A stretch of 63,439 bases of DNA, filler included, from Octopus bimaculoides (GCF_001194135.2; 6 parts of 6 records of this genome joined end to end with filler, not necessarily neighbours in it); one strand, 5' to 3'; numbered from the whole stretch's first letter, positions 1 to 14,284 are shown. The notes: generated by a model not told the origin, from the sequence alone. Numbers and translations are program-made.

Positions 1-149
1 TTTTTTTTTTTTTTTTTTTTCTTCTGATGTCGATGAAATAACTACCAGACAAATACTGTTGTTGATGTCACCGATTCATCCCTTTCCATCAAAATTTCAG
101 GTCTCGTACCTTTTGTAGAAAGAATTATTATTATTAATATTATTATTAT

Positions 150-510
150 TATTGGGTGACTGTGACAAAAATGTTTGGTGTGAATGTCCCTACTTTAAGT
201 ATGCGCTGTAGATTGGAGAGTAGAAGAGAGCGTTCGCACCTTTCGTAGCCTGGGTTATCCTGGATCTGTTGGGGGTTCCTTGAGTGGTCCTAGTATGAGT
301 TTCGCCTGTATGAAGAAGACTCCAACATTCAGGTTATCACATACTTTGTATACTCTGCATACTTTTATCGCATTTCATTATACTCCCCACCCCCACCATT
401 TCTCTCTCCCTATACTTTACGTAAATCCCCACACAAATTGTTTTCTGTCCTTGTGAATGTGCCCCTCGTCCATGGCTCTGTGGCTAATAAAAGACATTAT
501 TATTATTATT
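150..510 (+). mobile_element. Probable LINE 3' end (second related end at about 1200-1500)
   Basis: Both segments end in GTGGCTAATAAAA, followed here by (ATT)n; weak L1/Tx1-like C-terminal translation. Clade uncertain. Confidence 0.35.
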
Positions 511-839
511 ATTTATTCAAAATTTGACAGCTTCTGGCAGATTTCTGCTGCATCACTTACTACACTTCCGTGTTGCTAGGGTTTTGCTCACTGAGTGTTC
601 TTTTTTGCTGGTGGTGGAGTGCAAGCTCTTGCTAATAATGAATTGCACCAGTTTGTTTCCTTAAGACGTTTGGCTCGAGTCTTTCGTTGTATTAGTGTTT
701 GTGTTGTGTGTGTAATGCGAGTTGTGTTCTTCTGTTGGGTATCCGGCCTGTAGAGTACACGTTGTGGTCGTTGTTTACTTCATTGGTTATTTCCTATATA
801 CAGCGTGTCTTGTGTTTGTGCTGTATTTTGTTTGGGCTG

Positions 840-906
<67 letters not shown>

Positions 907-909
907 AAA

Positions 910-1640
910 CAGTGAGCTGGCAGAATCGCCAGCACGCTGGGCAAAATGCTTGGTGGTATTACGTTCGACTTTACATTCTGGGTTCAAATTCTACTGAAAC
1001 TGACTTTGTCTTTCATCCTTTCGGTGTCGATAAATGAAGTACCAATGAAACACTGGAGTCGATGTAATCGACTTTCGCCTCCCCTCAAATTCCAGATCTT
1101 GCGCCTATAGTGGAAAGGATTATTATTATTATTATCATTATTATTATTGGCTATCAGTTGGATTGGACTGAAAGGAGACGCTTTTCTCATCGGCCAAAAC
1201 CGCATCCATTTTCAATATTCTATATGAAAAGGAATATGAGGTATGAGAGGGATGTAGCGAGAATGGCCCCTCTAAGTGGGCCTTCACTAATGCAGTATCA
1301 GTAGGCTGGGAAGTAAGGAGAGACGTACTCTCTGTAGGTTTCTAGGTCGCGTTTCCCCCCTGTATTGGGAAAATTTGTCGAAAATTTTCTTGTTATTGTT
1401 TTTATTGGTTACATGTTTCTATATAAATCAACACTTTCCTTTGTCTTTGTGCTTTCCTAAAGGTTTTTCGCGGCCCTTGTGGCTAATAAAAAATTTGTTC
1501 TGATTTCAAATTCCACCGAGGTCGACTTTGCCTTCCATCCTATCGGGGTTGATAAATTAATTAACATGAAACACTGGGATCGATGTAGTCGAGTAGTCCC
1601 CTGACCCCAAATTTAAGGCCTTGTAACTCTCGTAGAAAGG

Positions 1641-1724
<84 letters not shown>

Positions 1725-1964
1725 TAAGGCGTTGAGATGGCAGAATAGTTAGTAAGCCAGGCGAAATTCTTAGCAGTATTTCCTCTGTCTTCATGTTTTG
1801 AGTTCAAATGGCGCCGAAGTCAACTTTGCCGTTCATCTTTTTCGGAGTCGATAAATTAAATACCAGTGAGACACTGTGGTCGATGTAATCGACTAGTTCC
1901 CTCCCCCAAACTTCAAGCCTTGTGCCTATAATAGAAAGGATTATTATTATTATTATTATTATTA

Positions 1965-2023
<59 letters not shown>

Positions 2024-2190
2024 TATTTAAGACAGTCAATACTACGTCTTTACGATCTGAGTTCAAATTCCGCCAAGGTTCACTTTGCTTGTCATTCTTT
2101 CGAGGTCAATAAAATACACACCTGTAGAGTACTGTGGTCAATGTAAATCCACTTATATCCGTCCCCAAAATTGCTGGACTGGTTCCAGAC
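910..2190 (+). mobile_element. Cluster of about four tRNA-derived SINE family A copies with (ATT)n tails
   Basis: A-box-like GAGCTGGCAGAATCG, B-box GAGTTCAAATTCC, body GTCGACTTTGCCTTTCATCCTTTCGGGGTCGATAAA...GTACCAG, at about 910, 1505, 1726 and 2045. Confidence 0.85.
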
Positions 2191-3778
2191 CTTGTAATCA
2201 CTGGCTCACTTGTGTGATAAGAAGTTTGCTTCCCAACCACATGGATCCGGGTTCAGTCTAACTGCGTGACACCTTGGGCAACTGTCTTTTACTATAGCCT
2301 CGAGCCGACCAAAGCCTTGTGAGTGAATTTGGTAGACGGAAACTGAAAGAAGCCAGTCATATATACGTACGTGCGCATGCGTGTGTGCGTGTGTATGTGT
2401 CTGTGTGTATGTGTGTGTGTGTGTGTGTGTCTGTCTGTCTGTCTGTCTCTCCCCCACCAACGCTTGACAACCAGAAAAAGAACGATAGAATAAGTACCAG
2501 GCTTTTTAAAAAAATCAGTACGGAGATCGATAAATTCGACTAAAATTTCTTCAAGGCGGTGCCCCAGAATGGCCGTAGTCTAAAAGTTGAAACAAGTAAA
2601 AGATGAATTATCATTATTATTTTTTTTTTATTATCATCGTTATTATTATTACAGTTGTTGATTCCGCAAGAAATTGTTTCCATTTGGTCTGTGTGCGTGT
2701 GTCGGTTTGTGTCTGTTTTTAGCTGTGAGTATCTTCTTGCATGTTAATATGTGTCATTACTACTGCAAATTCATGTTTCGTACAGGTATTTGCGTATATA
2801 ACTATGTATATAAGTACGTATATATGCATATACATATATATATATATGTGTGTGTGTATGTGTGTGTGTATGCATATATATATATATATATNNNNNNNNN
2901 NNNNNNNNNNNNNNNNNNNNNNNNNNNNNNNNNNNNNNNNNNNNNNNNNNNNNNNNNNNNNNNNNNNNNNNNNNNNNNNNNNNNNNNNNNNNNNNNNNNN
3001 NNNNNNNNNNNNNNNNNNNNNNNNNNNNNNNNNNNNNNNNNNNNNNNNNNNNNNNNNNNNNNNNNNNNNNNNNNNNNNNNNNNNNNNNNNNNNNNNNNNN
3101 NNNNNNNNNNNNNNNNNNNNNNNNNNNNNNNNNNNNNNNNNNNNNNNNNNNNNNNNNNNNNNNNNNNNNNNNNNNNNNNNNNNNNNNNNNNNNNNNNNNN
3201 NNNNNNNNNNNNNNNNNNNNNNNNNNNNNNNNNNNNNNNNNNNNNNNNNNNNNNNNNNNNNNNNNNNNNNNNNNNNNNNNNNNNNNNNNNNNNNNNNNNN
3301 NNNNNNNNNNNNNNNNNNNNNNNNNNNNNNNNNNNNNNNNNNNNNNNNNNNNNNNNNNNNNNNNNNNNNNNNNNNNNNNNNNNNNNNNNNNNNNNNNNNN
3401 NNNNNNNNNNNNNNNNNNNNNNNNNNNNNNNNNNNNNNNNNNNNNNNNNNNNNNNNNNNNNNNNNNNNNNNNNNNNNNNNNNNNNNNNNNNNNNNNNNNN
3501 NNNNNNNNNNNNNNNNNNNNNNNNNNNNNNNNNNNNNNNNNNNNNNNNNNNNNNNNNNNNNNNNNNNNNNNNNNNNNNNNNNNNNNNNNNNNNNNNNNNN
3601 NNNNNNNNNNNNNNNNNNNNNNNNNNNNNNNNNNNNNNNNNNNNNNNNNNNNNNNNNNNNNNNNNNNNNNNNNNNNNNNNNNNNNNNNNNNNNNNNNNNN
3701 NNNNNNNNNNNNNNNNNNNNNNNNNNNNNNNNNNNNNNNNNNNNNNNNNNNNNNNNNNNNNNNNNNNNNNNNNNNNNN

Positions 3779-3824
<46 letters not shown>

Positions 3825-5189
3825 TGTATGTATGTATGTATGTATGTGTGTACATATATATATTTGATTATCTGTATGTGCAGATATATATATATATGCA
3901 AATACTACATAGACCTATATATAGCTCTTTTACCTGTATTTTTTCTAAACACCTTTGTATACCTATTCTGTGTAACCATTGATCTTCTGTCGAGTGTCTG
4001 TCTCAATGCCTGCATATCTGCGTTGGTGCTTCTGTGTGTGTGTATACGTGTATATTATATATATACACACACATGTACATACACACACACACATATGCTT
4101 CGATCAATAGGTCTATATACGCATTGCTGTGTGAATATATGTGTGTGTGTTCGTCTTATTGTTGCTTAGCTCATGACAGGCCAGAACTATGATGAAATTC
4201 GGCGCTCTATCAGTGACCATCCTCTTTTTATTTTCCCATAATTGCTTATTCTTATGTGTCCTTCATGTCTGAAAAATAAAAAGTATCACTATGGAGGATG
4301 TTAAATGTAAGTTGTTGCTATTTCTAGCAACTCTAGCGACGAGAGAATTTCCTTTGCTGGTATCTTATAGATAATTCAAATATACATATGTATATATATA
4401 TATATATNNNNNNNNNNNNNNNNNNNNNNNNNNNNNNNNNNNNNNNNNNNNNNNNNNNNNNNNNNNNNNNNNNNNNNNNNNNNNNNNNNNNNNNNNNNNN
4501 NNNNNNNNNNNNNNNNNNNNNNNNNNNNNNNNNNNNNNNNNNNNNNNNNNNNNNNNNNNNNNNNNNNNNNNNNNNNNNNNNNNNNNNNNNNNNNNNNNNN
4601 NNNNNNNNNNNNNNNNNNNNNNNNNNNNNNNNNNNNNNNNNNNNNNNNNNNNNNNNNNNNNNNNNNNNNNNNNNNNNNNNNNNNNNNNNNNNNNNNNNNN
4701 NNNNNNNNNNNNNNNNNNNNNNNNNNNNNNNNNNNNNNNNNNNNNNNNNNNNNNNNNNNNNNNNNNNNNNNNNNNNNNNNNNNNNNNNNNNNNNNNNNNN
4801 NNNNNNNNNNNNNNNNNNNNNNNNNNNNNNNNNNNNNNNNNNNNNNNNNNNNNNNNNNNNNNNNNNNNNNNNNNNNNNGGGCAACACCTTCGAGAATTTT
4901 AGTTGAATGAATCGACACCAGTCAATCTTTTTGTAATCCTGGTACTTATCCTAACGGTAGATTTTGCCGAACCACTAGGTTACTGGGACATAAACAAACC
5001 ATCACCGGTTGTCAAGTGGTAGAAAGAGGACAAACACGGGCACACCCACGTGTGTGTACACAGACACACACACACACACACACACACACGAAGGGTTTCT
5101 TTCAGTTTCCGTCGACCAAACTCACTCACAAGGTTTTGTTCGTCCATGGCATTTACCCAAGGTGTCGTGCTGTGGGACAGGCAGATAGA

Positions 5190-5222
5190 TGGATAGACAG
5201 AAAATATAAAGAGATACATGTG

Positions 5223-5266
<44 letters not shown>

Positions 5267-5786
5267 GAAGCAGTTAGAGAGACATACAGAGAGGTAGATT
5301 GTCAATCACATAGACAGGGGTAAATGAACAGTCATAATGTTAAATTGACAAATAGACCAACAAACACAGACAGACATATAGGAAGAGTGAGAGCTTGAAA
5401 TATAGAAAGACCGCAATATATATAGACAGATAGCGAGATATTTAGATAGAGAGGCTGCTAAACCGACTAACTGATAAACTGATAAACAGACACCAAGACA
5501 GAAAGAGAAAATACACAGAAAGATGTATAGAAGGATAGAATAACGGATAGATAAAGAGAAAGAGAGACAGCTAATGGACAGATAAACAGTCGATAGACAG
5601 ATAGAAAGGTAGATAGTTCGATACATGTGTAGACAGGCAGAGAGATAGATGGAGATAGATGGACAACGAGAATTAGAGTCAGAAACACAGGTACATACTT
5701 AGATATATAGCTAGACGTGTAAATAGATAGCTATAGAAAAACAGAGACACAGGCATGGAGACAAAGATAGATAAATAGATAGATAC

Positions 5787-5829
<43 letters not shown>

Positions 5830-5924
5830 CAGAGAGAGACAGAGACAGATAGATAGATAGATAGACAAACAGTAAGTAGATAGAGAGGAAGATAGACAGA
5901 CAGACAGGTAGACACCTAGCTAGA

Positions 5925-5999
<75 letters not shown>

Positions 6000-6420
6000 G
6001 TAGGTAGGTAGGTAGGTAGGCAGACAGACAGAAGGGCAGACAGACAGACGGACAGGCAGGCAGATAGCTAGGCTGACAGGTGGACAGACAGACAGACAGA
6101 CAGACAAGATAGATGGACAGGTAGATATAGATCCATGCATACATACATACATACATACATACATACATACATAAACAGACAGACAGACAGACAGACAAAC
6201 AGATAGATAGATAGAGACAGACAGACAGGTGGAAAGACAGAAGGGCGGACAGACGGACGGACGGACGGACTGGCAGACGGATAGACAGACAGCCGAACAG
6301 ACAGGCAGACAGACAGACAGACAGATCCATACATACATACATAAGTAGACAGATAGACAGACAGACAGATAAGTAGACAGGGAGATAGATAGACAGACAG
6401 AGTCAGATTGACGGCTTCTT
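5190..6420. repeat. Compound tetranucleotide satellite (AGAC/AGAT/ATAC/GGAC/GGTA)
   Basis: Directly visible; similar tracts at 13500-13881 and 51985-52466. Confidence 0.9.
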
Positions 6421-6697
6421 AGATGTGTTTGCACCTTAAGAGCTGAGCGTTCGGATATCAGTGATAAGACATCTAATACAGGTAAGGGGTATATATTCGT
6501 GCCGACACACGGACACATAAGTACACACACGCTTGTACATGCATTTCTACATATAACTATGTGAGTCCGTGCGCGTGTATATGTATGCGTGTGTGTGTAC
6601 GCATACATATAAACGCAAAATGGGAATAACAAGACGAATGTATATTTATGTGTAAATGTATGAGTTTAATGGTGTGTAGATGTGTATAAATTCACAG

Positions 6698-6766
<69 letters not shown>

Positions 6767-6865
6767 GGTGTACATGTATATAAATATCTATGTCTTGCTG
6801 TATTCAGACATATATAAATATTTGTGTGTACACATATGAATACAAAACCTATATATCTCTACACT

Positions 6866-6899
<34 letters not shown>

Positions 6900-7520
6900 T
6901 TTGCGTGTGTACACGAATTTTGACACACGCATACACATACATGTATGTACGACTTTGTGAATACATGCATACATACATACACACATACATATATTTATAT
7001 ACATATATATATATATGTATATATTTGCTTGTGCATATATATATATATATACACGTATATGTATGTATATGCATATATAGATATACATTAATACGTTTAT
7101 ATATATATACATTTATATATATACATATATACATTTATGTGTATGTGTATATATGTATATACGCACACACACATATACACAGACGCAGACACAAACACAT
7201 ATAGGGAGAGAGAGAGTTTACGTAGTTATACAGTCAATAAATGTAATTTTATACGCTTTAATGTATATATGAATATGTATTTTTTCACAAGTGTATACAG
7301 ATGTGTATACAGATGCCTATATGTTTCTTCTTGTTGCTTTATTTTTATTCCACATTATACATAAACATATAGAACACATTGAACCACGTACTCCCAGATA
7401 CCGGTATACAGGCAGGGTATTTCATTTTTTTTCATTTTATCTAGTTTCAGCTCATGAACTGTGGCCATGCTGGGACACCGCCATTTGATTTTTTTTTTTT
7501 CAGCATTACCACTTCATTTG

Positions 7521-7556
<36 letters not shown>

Positions 7557-7618
7557 CGTTAAAGGATGCCTGACGTGTGCATAATAAACACATGCAAATG
7601 TGGTTTTTTTTTATCACA

Positions 7619-7660
<42 letters not shown>

Positions 7661-7873
7661 GAGAGAGAGGTGGAGGGAGATGTGTGTGTGTACACATATA
7701 CATTAATCTTGTTTGTATATGAGTGTGTGCGTGCGTTTATGATATTGATACGTATCTGTTTGTGTGTACGTGTGAGTTTAAGTTACATATTTTCCTATAT
7801 GTATATACGTACAGAAAACAATTATGGTTATATATATAGTCAATCCAAATAAATATATATATATATACAAACG

Positions 7874-7905
<32 letters not shown>

Positions 7906-8788
7906 CATACATACATACATATATATATATATACAAATGCACACACATATATACATATATATACAAACGTACACATATATACATATATATATATATATAT
8001 ANNNNNNNNNNNNNNNNNNNNNNNNNNNNNNNNNNNNNNNNNNNNNNNNNNNNNNNNNNNNNNNNNNNNNNNNNNNNNNNNNNNNNNNNNNNNNNNNNNN
8101 NNNNNNNNNNNNNNNNNNNNNNNNNNNNNNNNNNNNNNNNNNNNNNNNNNNNNNNNNNNNNNNNNNNNNNNNNNNNNNNNNNNNNNNNNNNNNNNNNNNN
8201 NNNNNNNNNNNNNNNNNNNNNNNNNNNNNNNNNNNNNNNNNNNNNNNNNNNNNNNNNNNNNNNNNNNNNNNNNNNNNNNNNNNNNNNNNNNNNNNNNNNN
8301 NNNNNNNNNNNNNNNNNNNNNNNNNNNNNNNNNNNNNNNNNNNNNNNNNNNNNNNNNNNNNNNNNNNNNNNNNNNNNNNNNNNNNNNNNNNNNNNNNNNN
8401 NNNNNNNNNNNNNNNNNNNNNNNNNNNNNNNNNNNNNNNNNNNNNNNNNNNNNNNNNNNNNNNNNNNNNNNNNNNNNNNNNNNNNNNNNNNNNNNNNNNN
8501 NNNNNNNNNNNNNNNNNNNNNNNNNNNNNNNNNNNNNNNNNNNNNNNNNNNNNNNNNNNNNNNNNNNNNNNNNNNNNNNNNNNNNNNNNNNNNNNNNNNN
8601 NNNNNGATGTTGGTATGTGTGCGTGTTTGTGCAGGGTGGGGGAGATGTATAGGGGATGTAAGATTGTGTGAGAGTGAAAGTGTGGATGAGAGAAGAGAGA
8701 GAGAGAGAGAGAGAATGTATGTGCGTATGAAAGACAGAGCGACAGAGTCAGTGTATCGGAATGTGTAATACTGTGTGTGCGTGTATGC

Positions 8789-8848
<60 letters not shown>

Positions 8849-8949
8849 GAGAGAGAAAGAGAGAGGTGATAAAAGATAACGTGTGAAGGAGAGAGTGAAT
8901 GAGAGTGGAAGTAAGAAAGAGACTGTGTTAGGAAAGAGGGAAACAGAGA

Positions 8950-9045
<96 letters not shown>

Positions 9046-9348
9046 GGCAGAGTATGAAAGGTGGTCTAAGAGAGGGAGAGGGAGAGGAAGAAAGAGAGGA
9101 GAATAGAGCAAGAGGATGAGTGTGTGTGAGAGAGAGAGAGAGACAGAGTGCGTGAGACGGATAGGGGAAGAAAGGCACTGTCAGAGATTGGGAGAGAGAG
9201 AGAGGATGCGTGTGTTGGAGCGCGTGTGTGTGTGTACGTGCGAGTGATAACTAGGAGATGTAAGATAGAGAATGTGTGAGGGAGGGAGAGAGAATGAGAG
9301 AGGAAGAAAGGGAGAAGAAAAGGAATTTATATGTGAGAAAGGGAAATA

Positions 9349-9415
<67 letters not shown>

Positions 9416-9664
9416 TGAGAGAGAGAGAGAGAGAGAGAGTTAACGTGTGCGAAAGCGAGTGACAGAAAGATAAGGTGTGTGAATGACGGTGTAAGGTACT
9501 TCGTTTGTGTTTGTGTGTGTATGTATGTATGTATGTGTGTGAGAGAGAGAGAGACAGACAGACAGAACAAGAGAGAAAGACGGAGAGACGCAAACTATGT
9601 GTATGTGTCTATGTGTGATATGAAAGTGATAAAAGATATAAAGTGAGACAAGAAGAGAAAGATA

Positions 9665-10045
9665 CAGAGAGAGACAAGTGCGTGCGTGTGTGGACGAGAA
9701 AGATAGGGGGAAATAAAGAGAGAGACAAGTGCGTGTGTGTGTGTACGAGATAGAGAGGGGGAAATAAAGAGAGAGACAAGTGCGTGTGTGTGTGTACGAG
9801 ATAGAGAGGGGGAAATAAAGAGAGAGACAAGTGCGTGTGTGTGTGTACGAGATAGAGAGGGGGAAATAAAGAGAGAGACAAGTGCGTGTGTGTGTGTACG
9901 AGATAGAGAGGGGAAGATAAAGAGAGAGACAAGTGCGTGCGTGTGTGTACGAGAAAGAGAGGGGGAAATAAAGAGAGAGACATGTGCGTGTGTGTGTGTA
10001 CGAGATAGAGAGGGGAAGATAAAGAGAGAGACAAGTGTGTGTGTG
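9665..10045. repeat. Minisatellite, about 51-bp unit, about 7 copies
   Basis: GAGAGAGACAAGTGCGTGTGTGTGTGTACGAGATAGAGAGGGGGAAATAAA repeated; the ORF track shows a 17-aa period. Confidence 0.9.
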
Positions 10046-10289
10046 TGAGTGAGAGAGAGAGAGAGAGAGGGAGAGAGAGGGGGCAGAGAGAAGCTGAAAT
10101 ATTGTCGTAAGTAAAAACCCGAATTTTTAGTATTGGTTTTGAGAGGCTGAAGGATGGAGTGATGATGATGGTGATGATTGAATTTAGACCATCATCCAAC
10201 TGCAACAACAATAACAGATACAACAGGAATTGCAATAAAAGCAACAACCGCTGAAGCAGTTAGAATAAGAAAGGTAACGATTGTAGTTA

Positions 10290-10523
10290 CGGGCAGGGAA
10301 CTCTGATGTCGATGATGATGATGATAATGGTGATGATGACGATGGCCATTACGAAGTTGACGATGATAACGACGATGGCGAAGGGGAAGAAGACGACGAC
10401 GACGACGACGACGACGACGATGGCGATGACGGTAACAACGACGATAATAAAGCTGATGACGACGACGACGAAAATGCTGACAATAATGTTGCTTATGATG
10501 ACGATGATGATGGTTATGGAAAC

Positions 10524-10569
<46 letters not shown>

Positions 10570-10640
10570 TTGCTTTTGTTTAAGATGATGACGAGTTAAC
10601 GGATGTGCTGACGACGCCGATAGCGTTTGATAATACGACG
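10290..10640. repeat. Compound (GAT)n/(GAC)n trinucleotide tract
   Basis: Directly visible; explains the poly-M/T/H ORFs. Confidence 0.9.
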
Positions 10641-11039
10641 ACGACGGACGGGGAGTGAAGGAGTGAGTGTTGGGTTGATAGCGATGTAACATCAACACCA
10701 ACAACAAACGGACTAAATATCAACCACACACAGTATAAATCACCTTGCGTTTATCTTCAACTGGTTTCATCCATTGTACTCCGGCCATACTGGAGCACAC
10801 AGATTTGAAGGGTTTGATTGAAACATATTCGAACCCAGTAATTAGTTTCTTTTTAAAGTCTGGTACTTAATCTTTCGGTCTGTAATACTAACCGCTAAGT
10901 TGCTATAGTAGAAGTCACTTGCTCAAGGTGCCACCCAGCGGGAATGAGCCCGGAACCTTGTGGTTGGGAACCAAGCTTCTTAATACACAGTCCATGCCTT
11001 CTCCTATCACTAATTTTGTAACGTCCTTTTTCTTCTTCT

Positions 11040-11228
11040 GGCAGAATCGTTAGCACGCTGGGCAAAATGCTTAGCGTTTTTACGTTCTGAGTTCAAATTC
11101 CGCTAACGTCGACTTTGCCATTTATCCTTTCAGGATCGATAAAATAAGTGCCAGTTGAGCACTGGGGTCGATATAATCAGCTAGCCCTCTCACCCAAATT
11201 TTCAGGCCTTGTGCCTATTGTAGAAAAG

Positions 11229-11275
<47 letters not shown>

Positions 11276-11874
11276 GGCGGTGAGCTGGTAAAGTCGTTAG
11301 CACGCCGGGCAAAATGCTTAGCAGTGCTTTGTCCGTCGAGTTCAAATTCCGCTGGGGTCTNNNNNNNNNNNNNNNNNNNNNNNNNNNNNNNNNNNNNNNN
11401 NNNNNNNNNNNNNNNNNNNNNNNNNNNNNNNNNNNNNNNNNNNNNNNNNNNNNNNNNNNNNNNNNNNNNNNNNNNNNNNNNNNNNNNNNNNNNNNNNNNN
11501 NNNNNNNNNNNNNNNNNNNNNNNNNNNNNNNNNNNNNNNNNNNNNNNNNNNNNNNNNNNNNNNNNNNNNNNNNNNNNNNNNNNNNNNNNNNNNNNNNNNN
11601 NNNNNNNNNNNNNNNNNNNNNNNNNNNNNNNNNNNNNNNNNNNNNNNNNNNNNNNNNNNNNNNNNNNNNNNNNNNNNNNNNNNNNNNNNNNNNNNNNNNN
11701 NNNNNNNNNNNNNNNNNNNNNNNNNNNNNNNNNNNNNNNNNNNNNNNNNNNNNNNNNNNNNNNNNNNNNNNNNNNNNNNNNNNNNNNNNNNNNNNNNNNN
11801 NNNNNNNNNNNNNNNNNNNNNNNNNNNNNNNNNNNNNNNNNNNNNNNNNNNNNNNNNNNNNNNNNNNNNNNNNN

Positions 11875-11956
<82 letters not shown>

Positions 11957-12260
11957 CGTTGTTGTTGCTATTTCGCATTTTTAATTCAAGGCCAGCAATT
12001 TGTGGGGAATGTTTAAGTCGATTGCATTAACCCCGGTGCTCAACTGGTACTTATTTTATCGATCCGGAAAAGACAAAAAGCCAAGTCGACTTCGTTGAAT
12101 TCAAATTCCGCAGAGATCGACTTTGCCTTTCATCTCTTCCGGGGTTGATAAAATAAATAAGTACCAGTCAAATACTCGGGTCGATGTAATCGACTAGCCC
12201 CATCCCCTCAAAATTTCAGGTTTTGTGTATATAGCCGAAAGGGTTATTACTATTATTACT
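11040..12260. mobile_element. SINE family A cluster, including a head-to-head pair at 11985-12260
   Basis: Same diagnostic body; plus copies at 11040, 11274 and 12097, minus copy at 11985-12100. Confidence 0.8.
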
Positions 12261-12529
12261 GCTTTTCTTGGTGTTTTTATTAATTGCAAACGTTTTAGCA
12301 TCAGTCTGTTGCTGAGAGCAGGTGTTTTACATATACATAGATGTGTGTGTGTGTACGTGCGCGCGCGCGTGGTATGCATGTGCTCGTATATATATAGTGG
12401 CTATGTGGTTCTGGGTTCAGACCCACCGCGCAACACCTTGGACAGGTGTCTTCTACTATAACCTCGGGCTGACCAAGGTCTTGTGAGGGAATTTGGTAGA
12501 CGGAAACTCAAGGAAGCTTGTCATATATA

Positions 12530-12566
<37 letters not shown>

Positions 12567-13651
12567 TAGAGAGGGACCACTGCTTGACAACCGGCCCCGT
12601 GACTTAGCGGTTCGGCAAAGAGACCGATAGAATAAGTACCAGGCTTAAAAAATAAAAAAGCACTGGGGCCGATTCATTCGACAAAAATTCTTCAAAGCGG
12701 TGCCCCAGCATGGCCGCAGACTGAAGCAAGTAAAAGAATAAAAAATACATGTGTGTGTGTTTGTAAATGGTGAGGGAGTGAGAGAAAGAGATGGTAGCCA
12801 GCCAACTTGCCTACCAGCCAGCCAGATGGCCATATGGTCAGCCAGCTACCCGGCTAGACAGCTAGCTAGCTAGACGGTTATATGGCTAGGTAGACAGATA
12901 GCTAGCAATTTACCTACCTATACAGACAGCTTGCTAGGTAGCTAGATATCTAGACAACTAGCTAGCTAGAGAGGGAGAGAGACAGGAGGAGAGAGAGAGG
13001 GAGAGAGAGGGGGGAGGAGAGAGAAAGTAAGAAAGAAAGAAAGAAGAAAGAATAGATTTATTGAGAGAGAGAGAGAGAGAGAGAGAGAAAGCAATAACCC
13101 AAAACGCACACACACACACATACAAACACCCACATCAATTCTTGCGAGGCAGTAGCAGTCTATATGAAGTACCGTCCAGTCACAAGCTCACTTCAGACTA
13201 GCTCTATGCTGTTCCAAGCTTGTTATTAACCTAAATGATTTTAACACATTCTCTTTCCGGCTTTTCCTCCCTCCACGCTATCGTTCTCTTAATTTTGGTA
13301 TACTCACCCCTCATTCTCTGCTGTTCAGTTCTATAAGCCATTCTATCTCTGATTTCCCCCTTTTTTTTCCCCTACTAAATATGTGTGCGTAGTTATATAT
13401 ACAGTGAAATATGTGTATATATTAAGTGTGGGTGTGCGTGTTAATTCATACTCTCACCGTTTTTTTGTTTGTTTGTTTGTTTGTTTGTTTGTTGTTTTTT
13501 GTTTTCATGTGTATCCATATATCCAATTGTCTGTCTGCCAATCTGCCTACCTACCTACCAACCTAACTACCTTCCTACCTATCCACCTACCTACCATCAA
13601 ACTTACCTGCCTACTACAGATAGATAGATAGACAGACAGACAGACATACAT

Positions 13652-13692
<41 letters not shown>

Positions 13693-13844
13693 CAGATAGA
13701 TAGATAGATAGACAGATAGATAGATAGATAGATAGGTGGATGGAGGGATGAATGAATGGATGGATGGATGGATGGATGGATAGATAGATAGAGAGAGAGA
13801 GATAGCTAGATACATAAATAAAACATAAGTAGATGGATAGATAA

Positions 13845-13875
<31 letters not shown>

Positions 13876-13881
13876 GATAGA

Positions 13882-13981
13882 NNNNNNNNNNNNNNNNNNN
13901 NNNNNNNNNNNNNNNNNNNNNNNNNTTAATTAATTAANNNNNNNNNNNNNNNNNNNNNNNNNNNNNNNNNNNNNNNNNNNN
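13882..13981. other. Artificial scaffold-join spacer (44 N + TTAATTAATTAA + 44 N); identical at 45942-46041, 55855-55954, 59360-59459 and 62285-62384
   Basis: Exactly 100 bp each time; the 12-mer is palindromic with stops in all six frames. Confidence 0.95.
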
Positions 13982-14185
13982 GTTCCCTCAACTGTTAGGG
14001 TGTGGCACTTTTTCACGCAGCTATCCTCCTCCATTCTCACCACATGTCCATACCAGCGCAATCGTCTCTCTTGCACGCCACAACTGATGCTTCTAATGTT
14101 CAGCTTTTCTCTCAAGATACTTACACTCTGACGGGTATTCACATTGACATTACACATCCAACGGAGCATACTGGCTTCATTCCTG
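13982..14185 (-). mobile_element. RTE-clade LINE reverse transcriptase C-terminal fragment
   Basis: MLRWMC...LREKLNIRSI...QERRLRWYGHVVRMEEDSCVKKC is the typical RTE post-RT motif. Confidence 0.88.
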
Positions 14186-14193
14186 TATATACA

Positions 14194-14284
14194 TCTCTAT
14201 ATATAAAGATGATGCGTAGTCTAGACGGCGTTTTTAGATTTCATTATTCTCTTTAACCCGGGCAACGCCGGGTATTTCTGCTAG
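14194..14284 (+). mobile_element. 91-bp non-autonomous Helitron
   Basis: A|TCTCTATATATAAAG start, GC hairpin CCCGG-GCAACG-CCGGG at 14257-14272, CTAG|T end; A-T insertion site with no TSD. Confidence 0.8.

Noticed and set aside
13190-13230. Minus-strand LITSLEQHRASL as a possible next CCDC14-like exon
   Set aside because: Phase is incompatible with the phase 1 donor at 14555, the acceptor is weak, and it lies across an artificial join.
2674-13815. Many long ORFs in the track (poly-YI, poly-HT, poly-LS, poly-M/T, runs of X)
   Set aside because: They are translations of microsatellites and N gaps, not coding sequence.
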